This document shows positions 53,498-64,000 of a stretch of 64,000 nt of DNA, piece by piece (position 1 is the first letter of the stretch; the number at the start of each line of letters is the position of its first letter). The stretch is from assembly GCA_963666975.2 (NCBI GenBank), contig CAXVYR010000004.1, positions 1,568,001 through 1,632,000 on the forward strand, in the 5' to 3' direction. Made by a program: the position numbers and the translations under genes. The stretch comes from Terriglobia bacterium. GTDB taxonomy: Bacteria; Acidobacteriota; Terriglobia; 2-12-FULL-54-10. Below the pieces are notes generated by a model that saw nothing but the letters and a program-made list of their open reading frames with translations, searched no databases and was not told where the DNA came from.

Positions 53498-53820
53498 GAC
53501 AGCAGAATTCTGCCATTCAAGCAACACACAATTAGGACACTCCCCCGCGACTTTGTGACCCGCGCTTGCAACCGCAGGCTAGCTGGCGTATGATGCTGCG
53601 CAAAATGAAGCATAAAATCTAAATCTCTTGTGCCGCCGCAGCATGCGTTTGTTTTCCCTTCCATTGGATCATCGATGACAGAGGATGAGGGATCGCTGGC
53701 AAGGGGGATCGCATTTTTCGATTTCGCTTATCCGCTTCTGAGAATGGTGTCTTGATGCGGGTTTGGCTGGCGGGAGAAAGTAATGACACGGGGGAAGAAC
53801 TGTTGCAGAGCAAGCTGGGA

Positions 53821-56037
53821 ATGGCGCACAAGAGGACAAGCTTGCGATGGCTGCTTTGTCTGATTGCGCTGGTCTGCCCGCTTGCGAAGCCGCGGTTGTT
53901 CGGCCAGCAACCGGTTGTAGATTCTGCTTCCCCAAGCCAAAACAAAACTGTAGTGGCCGTTCGCACCACCCTCCCTGTCCAAATCGACGGCGATCTGTCC
54001 GAGGCCGCATGGCAAGAGCTTTCCCCTGCCACTCGTTTCGTTCAGGCGGAACCGTACGAAGGGGAGGCGGCGACCGAGAGGACGGAGGTGAAGGTCCTCT
54101 ATGACGACGAGAATCTCTACATCGGGGTGTACTGCTACGACAACGATTCTGCCCGGATCATGACCAATTCATTAAAAAGAGATTTCACATCCGCTGAAGC
54201 TGATGCGTTCGAGGTCATCCTGGATACATTCCGTGACGCCCGGAACGGATTTCTGTTTATCACAAACCCGCAAGGCGCAAAGCGGGACGTTCAGGTCAGC
54301 AATGAAGGGCGCACGCAAAACGTGGATTGGGACACGGTGTGGGATGTCCGCTCCCAGGTGAATGGAGACGGCTGGACCTCGGAGATGATGATTCCGTTTA
54401 AGAGTTTGAGTTTTGACGAAAAGCAAGGAGGCCAGCTTTGGGGCATCAATTTTTCCCGCCGGATTCGGCGCAAGAATGAGATCGCTTACTGGGCTCCGGT
54501 GCCGCATCGCTACAATATTTCGCGGGTGTCGCTGGCAGGAACATTAACAGGATTAGAGGAAATTCGCCGGCGCCGCAGTTGGAAGGTGAAACCCTTCGGG
54601 ATTGCCGGCGTCCGCAAACTGTCCCTGCAGGATTCCGTCGAGGAGGAGATTGACGCGGGCGTCGACGCCAAATACAGCGTCACGCCGGGCATGACCTTGG
54701 ACCTGACCCTGAACACCGATTTCTCACAGGTGGAGGTGGACGAACAACAAATCAATCTGACGCGGTTTCCGCTGTTCTTTCCGGAAAAGCGCGAGTTCTT
54801 CCTGGAGAACTCCGGCGTCTTCCAGTTAGGGGACATCCCGTTTGAACTCGGCCCGGCCCGCTCCAGGGAGACCCAGCTCTTTTTCAGCCGCCGCATTGGA
54901 TTGTCGGAAGACCGGGAGCCGGTGTCCATATTGGGAGGAGCCCGCCTTTCCGGCCAGCTTGGCAAATTCAGCCTGGGACTTCTCAACATGCAGACCCAGG
55001 ATGCGGACGATGGCACGCCGGGGAGCAACTTCGCGGTAACGCGCGTGAAACGCGACATCCTGGCAAACTCCGATATCGGGGCGATTGTCGTCAACCGCCA
55101 GGGGTCGGAAAGAGGCGACTTTAACCGCACTTTTGGTGTGGATACGAATTTCCGCTTTTGGCAAAACCTGACGATCAACGGTTATTTGGCTAAAACGCAA
55201 ACCGACGGGCTTTCCGGCCGCGACCTCGCCCGGAAAGTTACGGGACAATGGCGCGACAATCTGCTCCTGTTCCAAGTGGTATTTTCCGAGACGCAGGAAA
55301 ACTTTAATCCGGAGGTCGGCTTCACGTCTCGCCCGGGAGTGGAAACGCGATTTATTCGGAACCGGATTGAGTTGCGTCCCCGGCCGCCTCGCAATCCCAT
55401 CATCCGCGAGTTCCAGCCACACATGATCATTCGCTATTTTATGGATGAGAACAACCGGATCATCACCAAGCAAGGCCACTATGCCTTACAGGTCGATTTC
55501 CACGACGGCAGCAGTTTTGAAATTTTTTACGCTCCGGAATTCGACCGCTTGGACAGCCCCTTCCAGATTCGTCCTGATTTCGCGATTCCCGTGGGAGACT
55601 ACAAGTTCGACGCGTGGCATCTGGAGCTGGCAACCGATCCAAGCAAGATGCTATTCGGGACTCTGAATTTTGCAAAAGGAAATTTCTATTCCGGGAAGCG
55701 AACCAGCCTGACCGCCACCGGGACATTCCGTCCCAATTACCGTTTTTCTGTGGAAAACAGATACAGCCTGAATGACGTGGACCTAGAGGAAGGCTCCTTC
55801 ACAACTCATCTGGTCCGCTCCCGCATCAACTATTACTTCAGCACGCGCATGTTTCTGAGCGCCTTCCTGCAATACAACAGCGACCGCAACCTGATCAGCT
55901 CCAACATCCGCTTCAATTTCATTCACCGCCCGCTCAGCGATCTGTTCGTTGTCTACAATGAAGACCGGGATATCAGCGGGACCGGCAGAACCGACCGGGC
56001 GTTTACCGTCAAATACACCCACCTGATTTCTTTCTAG
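53821..56037 (+). CDS. DUF5916 / CBM9-like outer-membrane protein
   Basis: IDGDLSEAAW, YDDENLYIG, NTDFSQVEVD..FFPEKREFFLE; C-terminal Phe. Confidence 0.87.
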   Translation: MAHKRTSLRWLLCLIALVCPLAKPRLFGQQPVVDSASPSQNKTVVAVRTTLPVQIDGDLSEAAWQELSPATRFVQAEPYEGEAATERTEVKVLYDDENLYIGVYCYDNDSARIMTNSLKRDFTSAEADAFEVILDTFRDARNGFLFITNPQGAKRDVQVSNEGRTQNVDWDTVWDVRSQVNGDGWTSEMMIPFKSLSFDEKQGGQLWGINFSRRIRRKNEIAYWAPVPHRYNISRVSLAGTLTGLEEIRRRRSWKVKPFGIAGVRKLSLQDSVEEEIDAGVDAKYSVTPGMTLDLTLNTDFSQVEVDEQQINLTRFPLFFPEKREFFLENSGVFQLGDIPFELGPARSRETQLFFSRRIGLSEDREPVSILGGARLSGQLGKFSLGLLNMQTQDADDGTPGSNFAVTRVKRDILANSDIGAIVVNRQGSERGDFNRTFGVDTNFRFWQNLTINGYLAKTQTDGLSGRDLARKVTGQWRDNLLLFQVVFSETQENFNPEVGFTSRPGVETRFIRNRIELRPRPPRNPIIREFQPHMIIRYFMDENNRIITKQGHYALQVDFHDGSSFEIFYAPEFDRLDSPFQIRPDFAIPVGDYKFDAWHLELATDPSKMLFGTLNFAKGNFYSGKRTSLTATGTFRPNYRFSVENRYSLNDVDLEEGSFTTHLVRSRINYYFSTRMFLSAFLQYNSDRNLISSNIRFNFIHRPLSDLFVVYNEDRDISGTGRTDRAFTVKYTHLISF

Positions 56038-56257
56038 ACCGTCTATAACGGCGCCGGCGTTGTCAAGAGACAGCAGCAGCGTAGTGAGCCGGGAGCAGAA
56101 GCTCCCGGAGACAGCCAGTCCCGCCTCTCCGGCGCACCTCACCGCTACCTGGCCGTATAACGCTCTAACCGGAAAGTGGGAATGAAGAACCCCTCTGGAG
56201 GTCCAATGGACAAGATATCGACTATACATCCATTGAGGCTGGCGGACGACTTGGCGT

Positions 56258-56353
56258 TGGCCTGTAGCCATTGCTCCGACCCAAATCGGTTTCCCAGCCC
56301 CTTATGATGTAAACTCTCTCACTGAAACTGGCGCTAAAAATCGGTCTGGTCAG
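56258..56353. repeat. ~100-bp diverged inverted repeat, partner of 60485-60582
   Basis: Core TGATGTA(A/G)ACTCTCTCACTG..ATCGG....GGTCAG is shared. Confidence 0.7.
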
Positions 56354-56814
56354 TCGTGTATTTGCTGCAGAAGCGATCCCCGGCAAGATATCGCCCCACA
56401 CCCGCAAGCGTAAAGCTCTCTCCATCGCGCCGGGTAGTCCTGTTCGAGTTCAAGCTGGTAGTCGTAAAGCAGCTCCGCTCCGCGCGGGATTTCGCGGATT
56501 GCCTCAATAAAGACTCTCCCGTCCTCGGCGATGGCTTCACAATTCGGATCGCAGGAGTGGTTGATATGCCGCGCATCGTTGCCCTGGCACGTTGCATCGA
56601 TGACCGTATCTTCATCGACCGCGAACAGGAAGGTAATCGTATGCTCGATCGGATCGTCACTATAGCGAGCATCCGCCGCTTCATGTGACATGCGCTCACC
56701 GGTGTATTCGATGATCCGTGCACCTTTCGGGATGTGGTGTATCGCGAAGGCCCCTTGCCCGTGAATCGGCGACTTGCGAATCTGGAACAATGGATGGAAC
56801 GACCGAGCAGACAT
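56350..56814 (-). CDS. SET-domain protein lysine methyltransferase with post-SET
   Basis: SPIHGQGAFA, IIEYTGE, ARHINHSCDPN, ELLYDY, CGCGAISCRG. Confidence 0.93.
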   Translation of the reverse strand: MSARSFHPLFQIRKSPIHGQGAFAIHHIPKGARIIEYTGERMSHEAADARYSDDPIEHTITFLFAVDEDTVIDATCQGNDARHINHSCDPNCEAIAEDGRVFIEAIREIPRGAELLYDYQLELEQDYPARWRELYACGCGAISCRGSLLQQIHD

Positions 56815-57189
56815 CAGTATCGAGATAGAGGATTTCTGGAAAGCTTTGGCCGGAATTTCCTTTTTGAACTCCTGGCCGCAGAAATTATACGACAACTGCT
56901 TACGTTGCAGCAGCATTTCTCATCATGTATGCAACCAAATTGCCGATCAAGAATTATCCTGCTTCCACTCTCCACCTTTTACCTCTCCGTGCGTTCGCGT
57001 TAGGCCAAAATGAGCACAGCTTCGCAATCAGCCGGATTTTTTTGAAAAAAGAGTGGCAGGCGCGCCCATACTGAGCTATTCGTAGCCGCCAGGAAAGTCG
57101 GGTTCACATTGAGAGGAGGGCACAGCCTCACCTTGGTGTACAATCTAGTCAACGCTGCCCCACCAAACACGGCACTTGAGGATGACGTT

Positions 57190-58548
57190 ATGCGACACGC
57201 CTGCAAAGGACTCCTGCTTCTTACCCTGCTGACCGCGATTCTGCTCACGCGTACGGGGTGCAGCGGGCCGAATGGCAATGCCGAGGAGCTCAACCAAGAC
57301 ATGATTATAGCGGGCATGGAAGGCGACACGGCTGCCGTCAAGGCTCTGCGCGCCAAAGGAGCAGACGTCAATGCGCAAAACCAAGCGGGAGGGACGGCCC
57401 TGATGTATGCGGCAACCGTTGGCCATACCACTACCGTACAAGCCTTGCTTGACGCGGGCGCAGACGTCAATGCCAAAGACAAAGAAGGGGGAACCGCCTT
57501 GATGCGGGCTGCCAGTAATGGGCAAATGACTGCCGTACAGGCATTGCTCGACGCGGGCACAGATGTCAATGCCAGACACAATTTAGGAGGGACAGCCTTG
57601 ATCGCTGCGGCAATCGGCGGCCATGTCGATGCAGTGCGAGTCCTACTGGACGCGGGGGCAAACGTCAACGCCAAAGACAAGGACGGAGGCACGCCCCTAA
57701 TATGGGCGACAGTTACTGGCCACACCGACATCATGCAGGCATTGCTCGACGGGGGCGCAGACGTCAATGCCAATACCACGGAGGGACGGACGGCCTTGAT
57801 GGCTGCTGCCTCCGGTGGTCACGCCGATGTCGTGGGGGCCTTGCTGGAAGCAGGCGCAGACGTCAATGCGAAAAACAAGGAGGGCTTTCCGGCCCTGATG
57901 ATGGCGCAGTTTGCCGGGCAAACCGAAGTGACTGAAATCCTCGAGAAGGCCGGAGCCAAAGACATCGACCAAGTCCTGCTGGAAGCGGCGGCGAATGGCG
58001 ACTCCGCTACCGTCAAGGCTCTGCTCAACCGAGGAGCAGACAGCAATGCCAAAAACAAGGACGACGGAGCGGCGGCCTTGTTGACGGCAGCCATCAATGG
58101 CCACACAGCGATAGTACGGACCCTTCTCGAAGCGGGCGCCGACATCAATAACGCCGAGAACATGAAGGGACAGACGGCCTTGATGGGAGCGGCAAACGGT
58201 GGCCACAATACCACCGTGCGAGCTTTGCTCGAAGTGGGCGCAGATGTCAATGCGAGAGACAACGATGGCTTGACGGCTCTGCTGTCGGCGGCAGAAGGAG
58301 ACCACACGGCTACCCTGAGAGCCTTGCTTGGCGCAGGCGCTAACCTCAATGCCAAAGACAAAAAGGGACGGACGGCTTTGATATTAGTGGCAACTTCTGG
58401 CCATATTTCTACCGTGCAAGCCTTGCTCGACGCGGGTGCAGACCTCAATGCCAAAAACGAGGAGGGAGAGACGGCCTTGGTGTGGGCGCAAGCGATGAAG
58501 CAACACGATGTGGTTGAAATCCTCATCAAGGCCGGAGCCGAGGAATAA
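57190..58548 (+). CDS. Exported ankyrin-repeat protein (tandem 33-aa repeats)
   Basis: Repeats G.TAL..AA..GH...V.ALL.AGADVNA; possible lipoprotein signal. Confidence 0.93.
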   Translation: MRHACKGLLLLTLLTAILLTRTGCSGPNGNAEELNQDMIIAGMEGDTAAVKALRAKGADVNAQNQAGGTALMYAATVGHTTTVQALLDAGADVNAKDKEGGTALMRAASNGQMTAVQALLDAGTDVNARHNLGGTALIAAAIGGHVDAVRVLLDAGANVNAKDKDGGTPLIWATVTGHTDIMQALLDGGADVNANTTEGRTALMAAASGGHADVVGALLEAGADVNAKNKEGFPALMMAQFAGQTEVTEILEKAGAKDIDQVLLEAAANGDSATVKALLNRGADSNAKNKDDGAAALLTAAINGHTAIVRTLLEAGADINNAENMKGQTALMGAANGGHNTTVRALLEVGADVNARDNDGLTALLSAAEGDHTATLRALLGAGANLNAKDKKGRTALILVATSGHISTVQALLDAGADLNAKNEEGETALVWAQAMKQHDVVEILIKAGAEE

Positions 58549-58643
58549 CAAAGGGGCGGCGAAGAACTAAAATATCTCTCTCAAGGATTGGCGCAAATAA
58601 TTGGCCTAGTCCATCTGAAGCGGCTCCCTGCATTTGACGACGG

Positions 58644-60383
<1,740 letters not shown>

Positions 60384-60484
60384 GCGGAGGCTCCTGTGAT
60401 GTCCCGTGTACGCTCGTCTGGCTCTCGTCGTTTGCAAGGTCGTTTGCAAGAGAGAAGTGGCTTGTACTCGCTGACCTGTATTCG

Positions 60485-60582
60485 CTGACCGGGCCGATAT
60501 TTTGTGCCTGTCCCAGTGAGAGAGTCTACATCACGGCATGGAACTGTGAAACTGGTTTGGTGGCAGGAATGGACGATTGGCC
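60485..60582. repeat. Inverted-repeat partner in the glnS upstream region
   Basis: Matches 56258-56353; minus strand has TTCACA-N16-TAGACT pointing at glnS. Confidence 0.65.
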
Positions 60583-60728
60583 CCGGCGTTGCGGCGGCTT
60601 ATCACCAAGCGCCCGCAATGGCCGGTTGGTTGGCTGGTTAGTTGGCTAGCCCGGCAAGCGGCCGAAGGGCGCCAACTTTTCCTGAATGGGCCGTTCTGAA
60701 ATTTAACTCCTCCCTCGTCGTCTAATGC

Positions 60729-61670
60729 TTAGCGATGTGTGATGCCCTGCAGCTGGTGACTTGGCCGCCGGGCCCAATAAGCAGCAAGAAAAGACCCACT
60801 GAGATTGTGCCAGACACTGAACACTGCTCCGGGCAAAGCGGCAGCGGCGGAGAAAAATTGCGTCGCCAGAACGACTCCAAGCCCGGAGTTTTGCATTCCT
60901 ACTTCGATGGCAAATGTCCGGGAAATGCGCGCGTCGAGGCCGAAAAGCTTCGGCAGGCTATAGCCTGCTGCGAGTCCCAAGCTATTGTGCAGCATCACGG
61001 CAATCACCAGCGGCCAAGCTAGAACCGCTGTGAGACCGGCATTTAAGGCAACGACAATCGCAATAATGACCACGATTGCCGCCACTGAGATCAGCGGAAA
61101 CATCCCGCGCAAGAATGCGAGCCGCGCTCCGAAAAATTGGTTCACCGCAACCCCAGCGAGCACCGGCAATATGACAACCTCAAGAATGGATAGCAGCATG
61201 GAAATTACAGGAACCGGCACCGATTCTCCGACATAAAGCCAAGTCAGTGCAGGGGTAAGCAGTATGGCGAGGAAAGTAGAGACCGTAGTAAAGGTGATGG
61301 AGAGGGCTACGTCGCCACGCGCCAAGTAACAGATCACATTCGATGCCGTTCCTCCTGGACATGCTCCCACCAAAATGAGGCCCACCAAAAGGTCCGGCTG
61401 CAAGCTCATGGCATGGCCGACGGTCCAGGCTGCAAAAGGCATGATCCCAAACTGTAATACCGCGCCGCTCGCTATCAGCAGCGGTCGGCGCGCCACTTCC
61501 AGGAATTCTCGCGCAGTCAGGGTCAAGCCCATGCCGAACATGACCACACCAAGAAGCGGTATGATTGCGGGGCTCAACGGCGTCAGGTTATCTGGCCACA
61601 CAAGCGCACCGACAGTCCCGACTACAGCCCAAAGGGGAAACAGGACTACCAAAAGATCAACAAACCGCAT
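60729..61670 (-). CDS. Bile acid:sodium symporter (BASS) family
   Basis: MFGMGLTL, QFGIMP, CPGGTASNV, EVGMQNSGL. Confidence 0.93.
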   Translation of the reverse strand: MRFVDLLVVLFPLWAVVGTVGALVWPDNLTPLSPAIIPLLGVVMFGMGLTLTAREFLEVARRPLLIASGAVLQFGIMPFAAWTVGHAMSLQPDLLVGLILVGACPGGTASNVICYLARGDVALSITFTTVSTFLAILLTPALTWLYVGESVPVPVISMLLSILEVVILPVLAGVAVNQFFGARLAFLRGMFPLISVAAIVVIIAIVVALNAGLTAVLAWPLVIAVMLHNSLGLAAGYSLPKLFGLDARISRTFAIEVGMQNSGLGVVLATQFFSAAAALPGAVFSVWHNLSGSFLAAYWARRPSHQLQGITHR

Positions 61671-61809
61671 GGACCGTGACCTGGCCGGGATTTTTCACCA
61701 ACGGCAATGAGACGAGATTTCCGATGGAACCTTCCTCTTCGCACAAAAGCATTTACTGGATCACTATTGCTTGTCGATGTAACTCGCGCCGCGCTGTCAT
61801 CTTGCAGAG

Positions 61810-61834
61810 CCCTGCGGCTGTGCTCCGGGCAGGC
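61810..61834. repeat. REP unit (GCCTGCCC.GAGC..AG.CG.AGGG family)
   Basis: Reverse strand GCCTGCCCGGAGCACAGCCGCAGGG. Confidence 0.5.
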
Positions 61835-61853
61835 GGCGCTTCCATTCTTCAAA

Positions 61854-62360
61854 TCAGTTCAGCACGACGTTGCTTTGCGCTGTCTCCCGCTGCTCCGGGG
61901 CCTCCACAATGTCTGCCTTGAGGCTGGAAACAATGGCGAGCAGTTCCTCTTTTTCTTTCTGCGGTATTTTGAATTTATCGAGCGACCCCGCCAAGTGTTT
62001 CACCATGGCAGCCCATTCCGCCCCGGTGATTTCGAGTCCCCCATGGGAGGTCTTCATACTGCGCCCGATGTAAAAGCAAGGCCCGCCGGCGGCCTCGCAC
62101 AATTGATCCACGATAAGCTGGCGGCGGCGTTTTTTTGATTCCCTGCTGAACCCATTACTGAAGCGGGCAAACTGCGGATCGGACCCCAGCCGCCCAACAA
62201 AATCGTCCACGACCGCAGCAATCGCATCATATCCACCAAGCCGGTTATAGAGTGTCTCTGTTTTTCCCTGAGCAATGGCTGGGGTTGCTTCCCACAACGT
62301 GAACAACACCAGAGCCAACAACCCCGGGCCTATCTTCAATGAAAATCGTTGCATTTGCAT
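61854..62360 (-). CDS. Group 1 truncated haemoglobin with signal peptide
   Basis: LYNRLGG..I.AVVD.F, GGP..Y.GRSM..SH proximal His. Confidence 0.9.
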   Translation of the reverse strand: MQMQRFSLKIGPGLLALVLFTLWEATPAIAQGKTETLYNRLGGYDAIAAVVDDFVGRLGSDPQFARFSNGFSRESKKRRRQLIVDQLCEAAGGPCFYIGRSMKTSHGGLEITGAEWAAMVKHLAGSLDKFKIPQKEKEELLAIVSSLKADIVEAPEQRETAQSNVVLN

Positions 62361-63138
62361 TACCTGCCCTCAGCGGGAATTTTCCGTTTCAACCTTCGCT
62401 GGGCTCAAGATTGCACGCCAGCCGCCCCTGTCGCTCCAATCTTAGATCGTGCTCAAATGACTGCCGGATTGCAAGCTGATCAATTGCTCCCTGTAGGCAC
62501 GGATCACCTCCGCCTGATTGGAAATATTGTGAAAGATTACACGAGGAAAGAGGGTAAATCAATTAGCCCCGGGAACTCGCATGACCTCATATTTGATACG
62601 GGCCAGGGTCGCTTGAGCATTTAGATTGTGTGGCCTGCCTGATTCCTGGCGTGCATAATCCAAAGATACGGCTGCAACGAAAGCCGTTTGGTGTACAATT
62701 TTACTGTGGCCAGCGGGTTCAAAAAGGAAATTCCAGCTAAACGAGCCTGATGAAAACTCTGGTGTGACGGCAACGGGAGGTTGGGTAGATGCGCGTAAGT
62801 ATCCTTAGACGCCGAACCCAGCCTGTATTTTTCCAGCAGAAAGGGTGACTCGGTTTCCTTGAAAGCAAATACGGCGTTCTTCAGATCGATCATAAGCGGC
62901 TAAATGAATTTTTAGATGAATAATTCGGGTCTCCAACAATAAGATTTCATGAGGTGACGGTGGGCAAGAGGAACTTCCCTTTCGGCTTCACCGGCTCTTC
63001 TGCATCGCTAACGAGAAGGAACCAGCGTCTTTACTTGCGTATACGCCAAATACTCCGTGTACGGACCCTGGAAGTCCTCAATGTGTTCCCTGGTTATTGT
63101 CAGGCCATCCAGTTTCCGGGTTAGTCAAGGAGGTTTTT

Positions 63139-63402
63139 ATGCAGATTCTCCGGCAAGCTCAGTATCTTAGGCACGATCAGTACGGTCTCGGCGTAGTCAC
63201 ATCGTCGAATGCCGAGCGCACCACCATAGAATTCGATCTCCACGGCACAAAGAAGTTCAGCACCAGTCTCATGGTGGTTGAACTACTGTCTGGCGAGGCT
63301 CCCGCCAAACTTTCACCCCCAAAGCGCCGCAAGAAAGCAACCACTGCTTCCGCAGCAGCCAAGCCAAAAAAAGCCGCCCCCCGCCCTGCCGATAATTCCT
63401 GA
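63139..63402 (+). CDS. Small protein, SH3/Tudor-like N-terminus plus Lys/Ala-rich tail
   Basis: AAGGAGG RBS; H..YGLGVV..T.I.F..HG.KKF. Confidence 0.7.
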   Translation: MQILRQAQYLRHDQYGLGVVTSSNAERTTIEFDLHGTKKFSTSLMVVELLSGEAPAKLSPPKRRKKATTASAAAKPKKAAPRPADNS

Positions 63403-64000
63403 ATGGTGCTTTCGCTTACTGCTCCCTTCGCTAAGGGTTGGCACACAATAGAGGCTCCTGTTAAACGAAGTGTAGAAGCGAGCCGCAAGACCACCCCGAA
63501 CAGACCCCCAGAACAGACCATGGTGACTTGAGCTTGGATCAAATTTGAGCTTGTATCAAAAGAGTTACTGGGGTGGGCTTTTTGGCAAAGGGGACGCACT
63601 AATCGAAAGTTCTCATAAAAGGGGAACTGATTACCCTTTTGTGCCTGACCTGCGGCTACCTTTTTTGGACTGGCGCAGTTGCCAGCCAGATATCCCCTTT
63701 GTTTTCAATAAAATATGCGGCCCAGGATTGGGTCAGTAGATTGCCAACAATATTCAGCAATAAGTGACGCAAGCTCCATGTGCGCCAAGTGTTGGACCAA
63801 ACCTTTCCCCTAAGATGTAATGCATAGACTGTAAATAGGGTAAATCGATAAGACCGGGCTACCTTCAAATCTCTTTTTGGCAGACCCGAGAAGCAATGGG
63901 AGCAAACCTTTTGACTGTACGTTATCTTGATCCTGACTTCGGCGCTGGCCGCCTGCTGACCCATTTTTTGAAGCTCCTGCTGTGCGTGGTCCTCATAAGT

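Noticed and set aside
57190-58548. 99-bp DNA periodicity
   Set aside because: Explained by 33-aa ankyrin repeats.
62400-64000. Short ORFs and AAGGGG/CCCCTT-rich possible RNA structure near the window end
   Set aside because: No recognisable motif or family apart from 63139-63402.

Overview
High-GC bacterial chromosome, most likely Acidobacteriota (inferred from gene content: Oar-type TonB receptor, DUF1592/DUF1552 operons, stand-alone ClpB-D2 ATPase). 1-21.1 kb is mostly core genes (radical SAM, D-2-hydroxyacid dehydrogenase, hfq-hflX, M48 peptidase, ilvE, DASS transporter, acnA, tRNA-Glu). It also holds a ~1.8 kb nuclease cassette (PD-(D/E)XK; GIY-YIG-RAMA; type IIG R-M tail) bracketed by 67-bp direct repeats and carrying integron-like attI/core sites but no intI. 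tRNA-Glu is followed by an integrase relic and tandem islands delimited by tRNA 3'-end copies (36689, ~37695). The first island carries a DUF1592-DUF1552-ankyrin triad, a sorbosone-type dehydrogenase, a TonB receptor, a GMC/Tat/cytochrome c operon and a flavoprotein; the second a TPR gene. 38-47 kb is a decaying TBDR-YfiR-kinase locus hit by IS256, a ~100-bp MITE and a 21-bp insert identical to the IS256 transposase gene. A second DUF1592-DUF1552-ankyrin triad, then DUF5916, SET, ankyrin, glnS, a BASS symporter and a secreted truncated haemoglobin follow. Nested REP/MITE families and short in-frame tandem duplications recur throughout. All alignments and mismatch counts were made by eye; some frameshifts may be sequencing or assembly errors.
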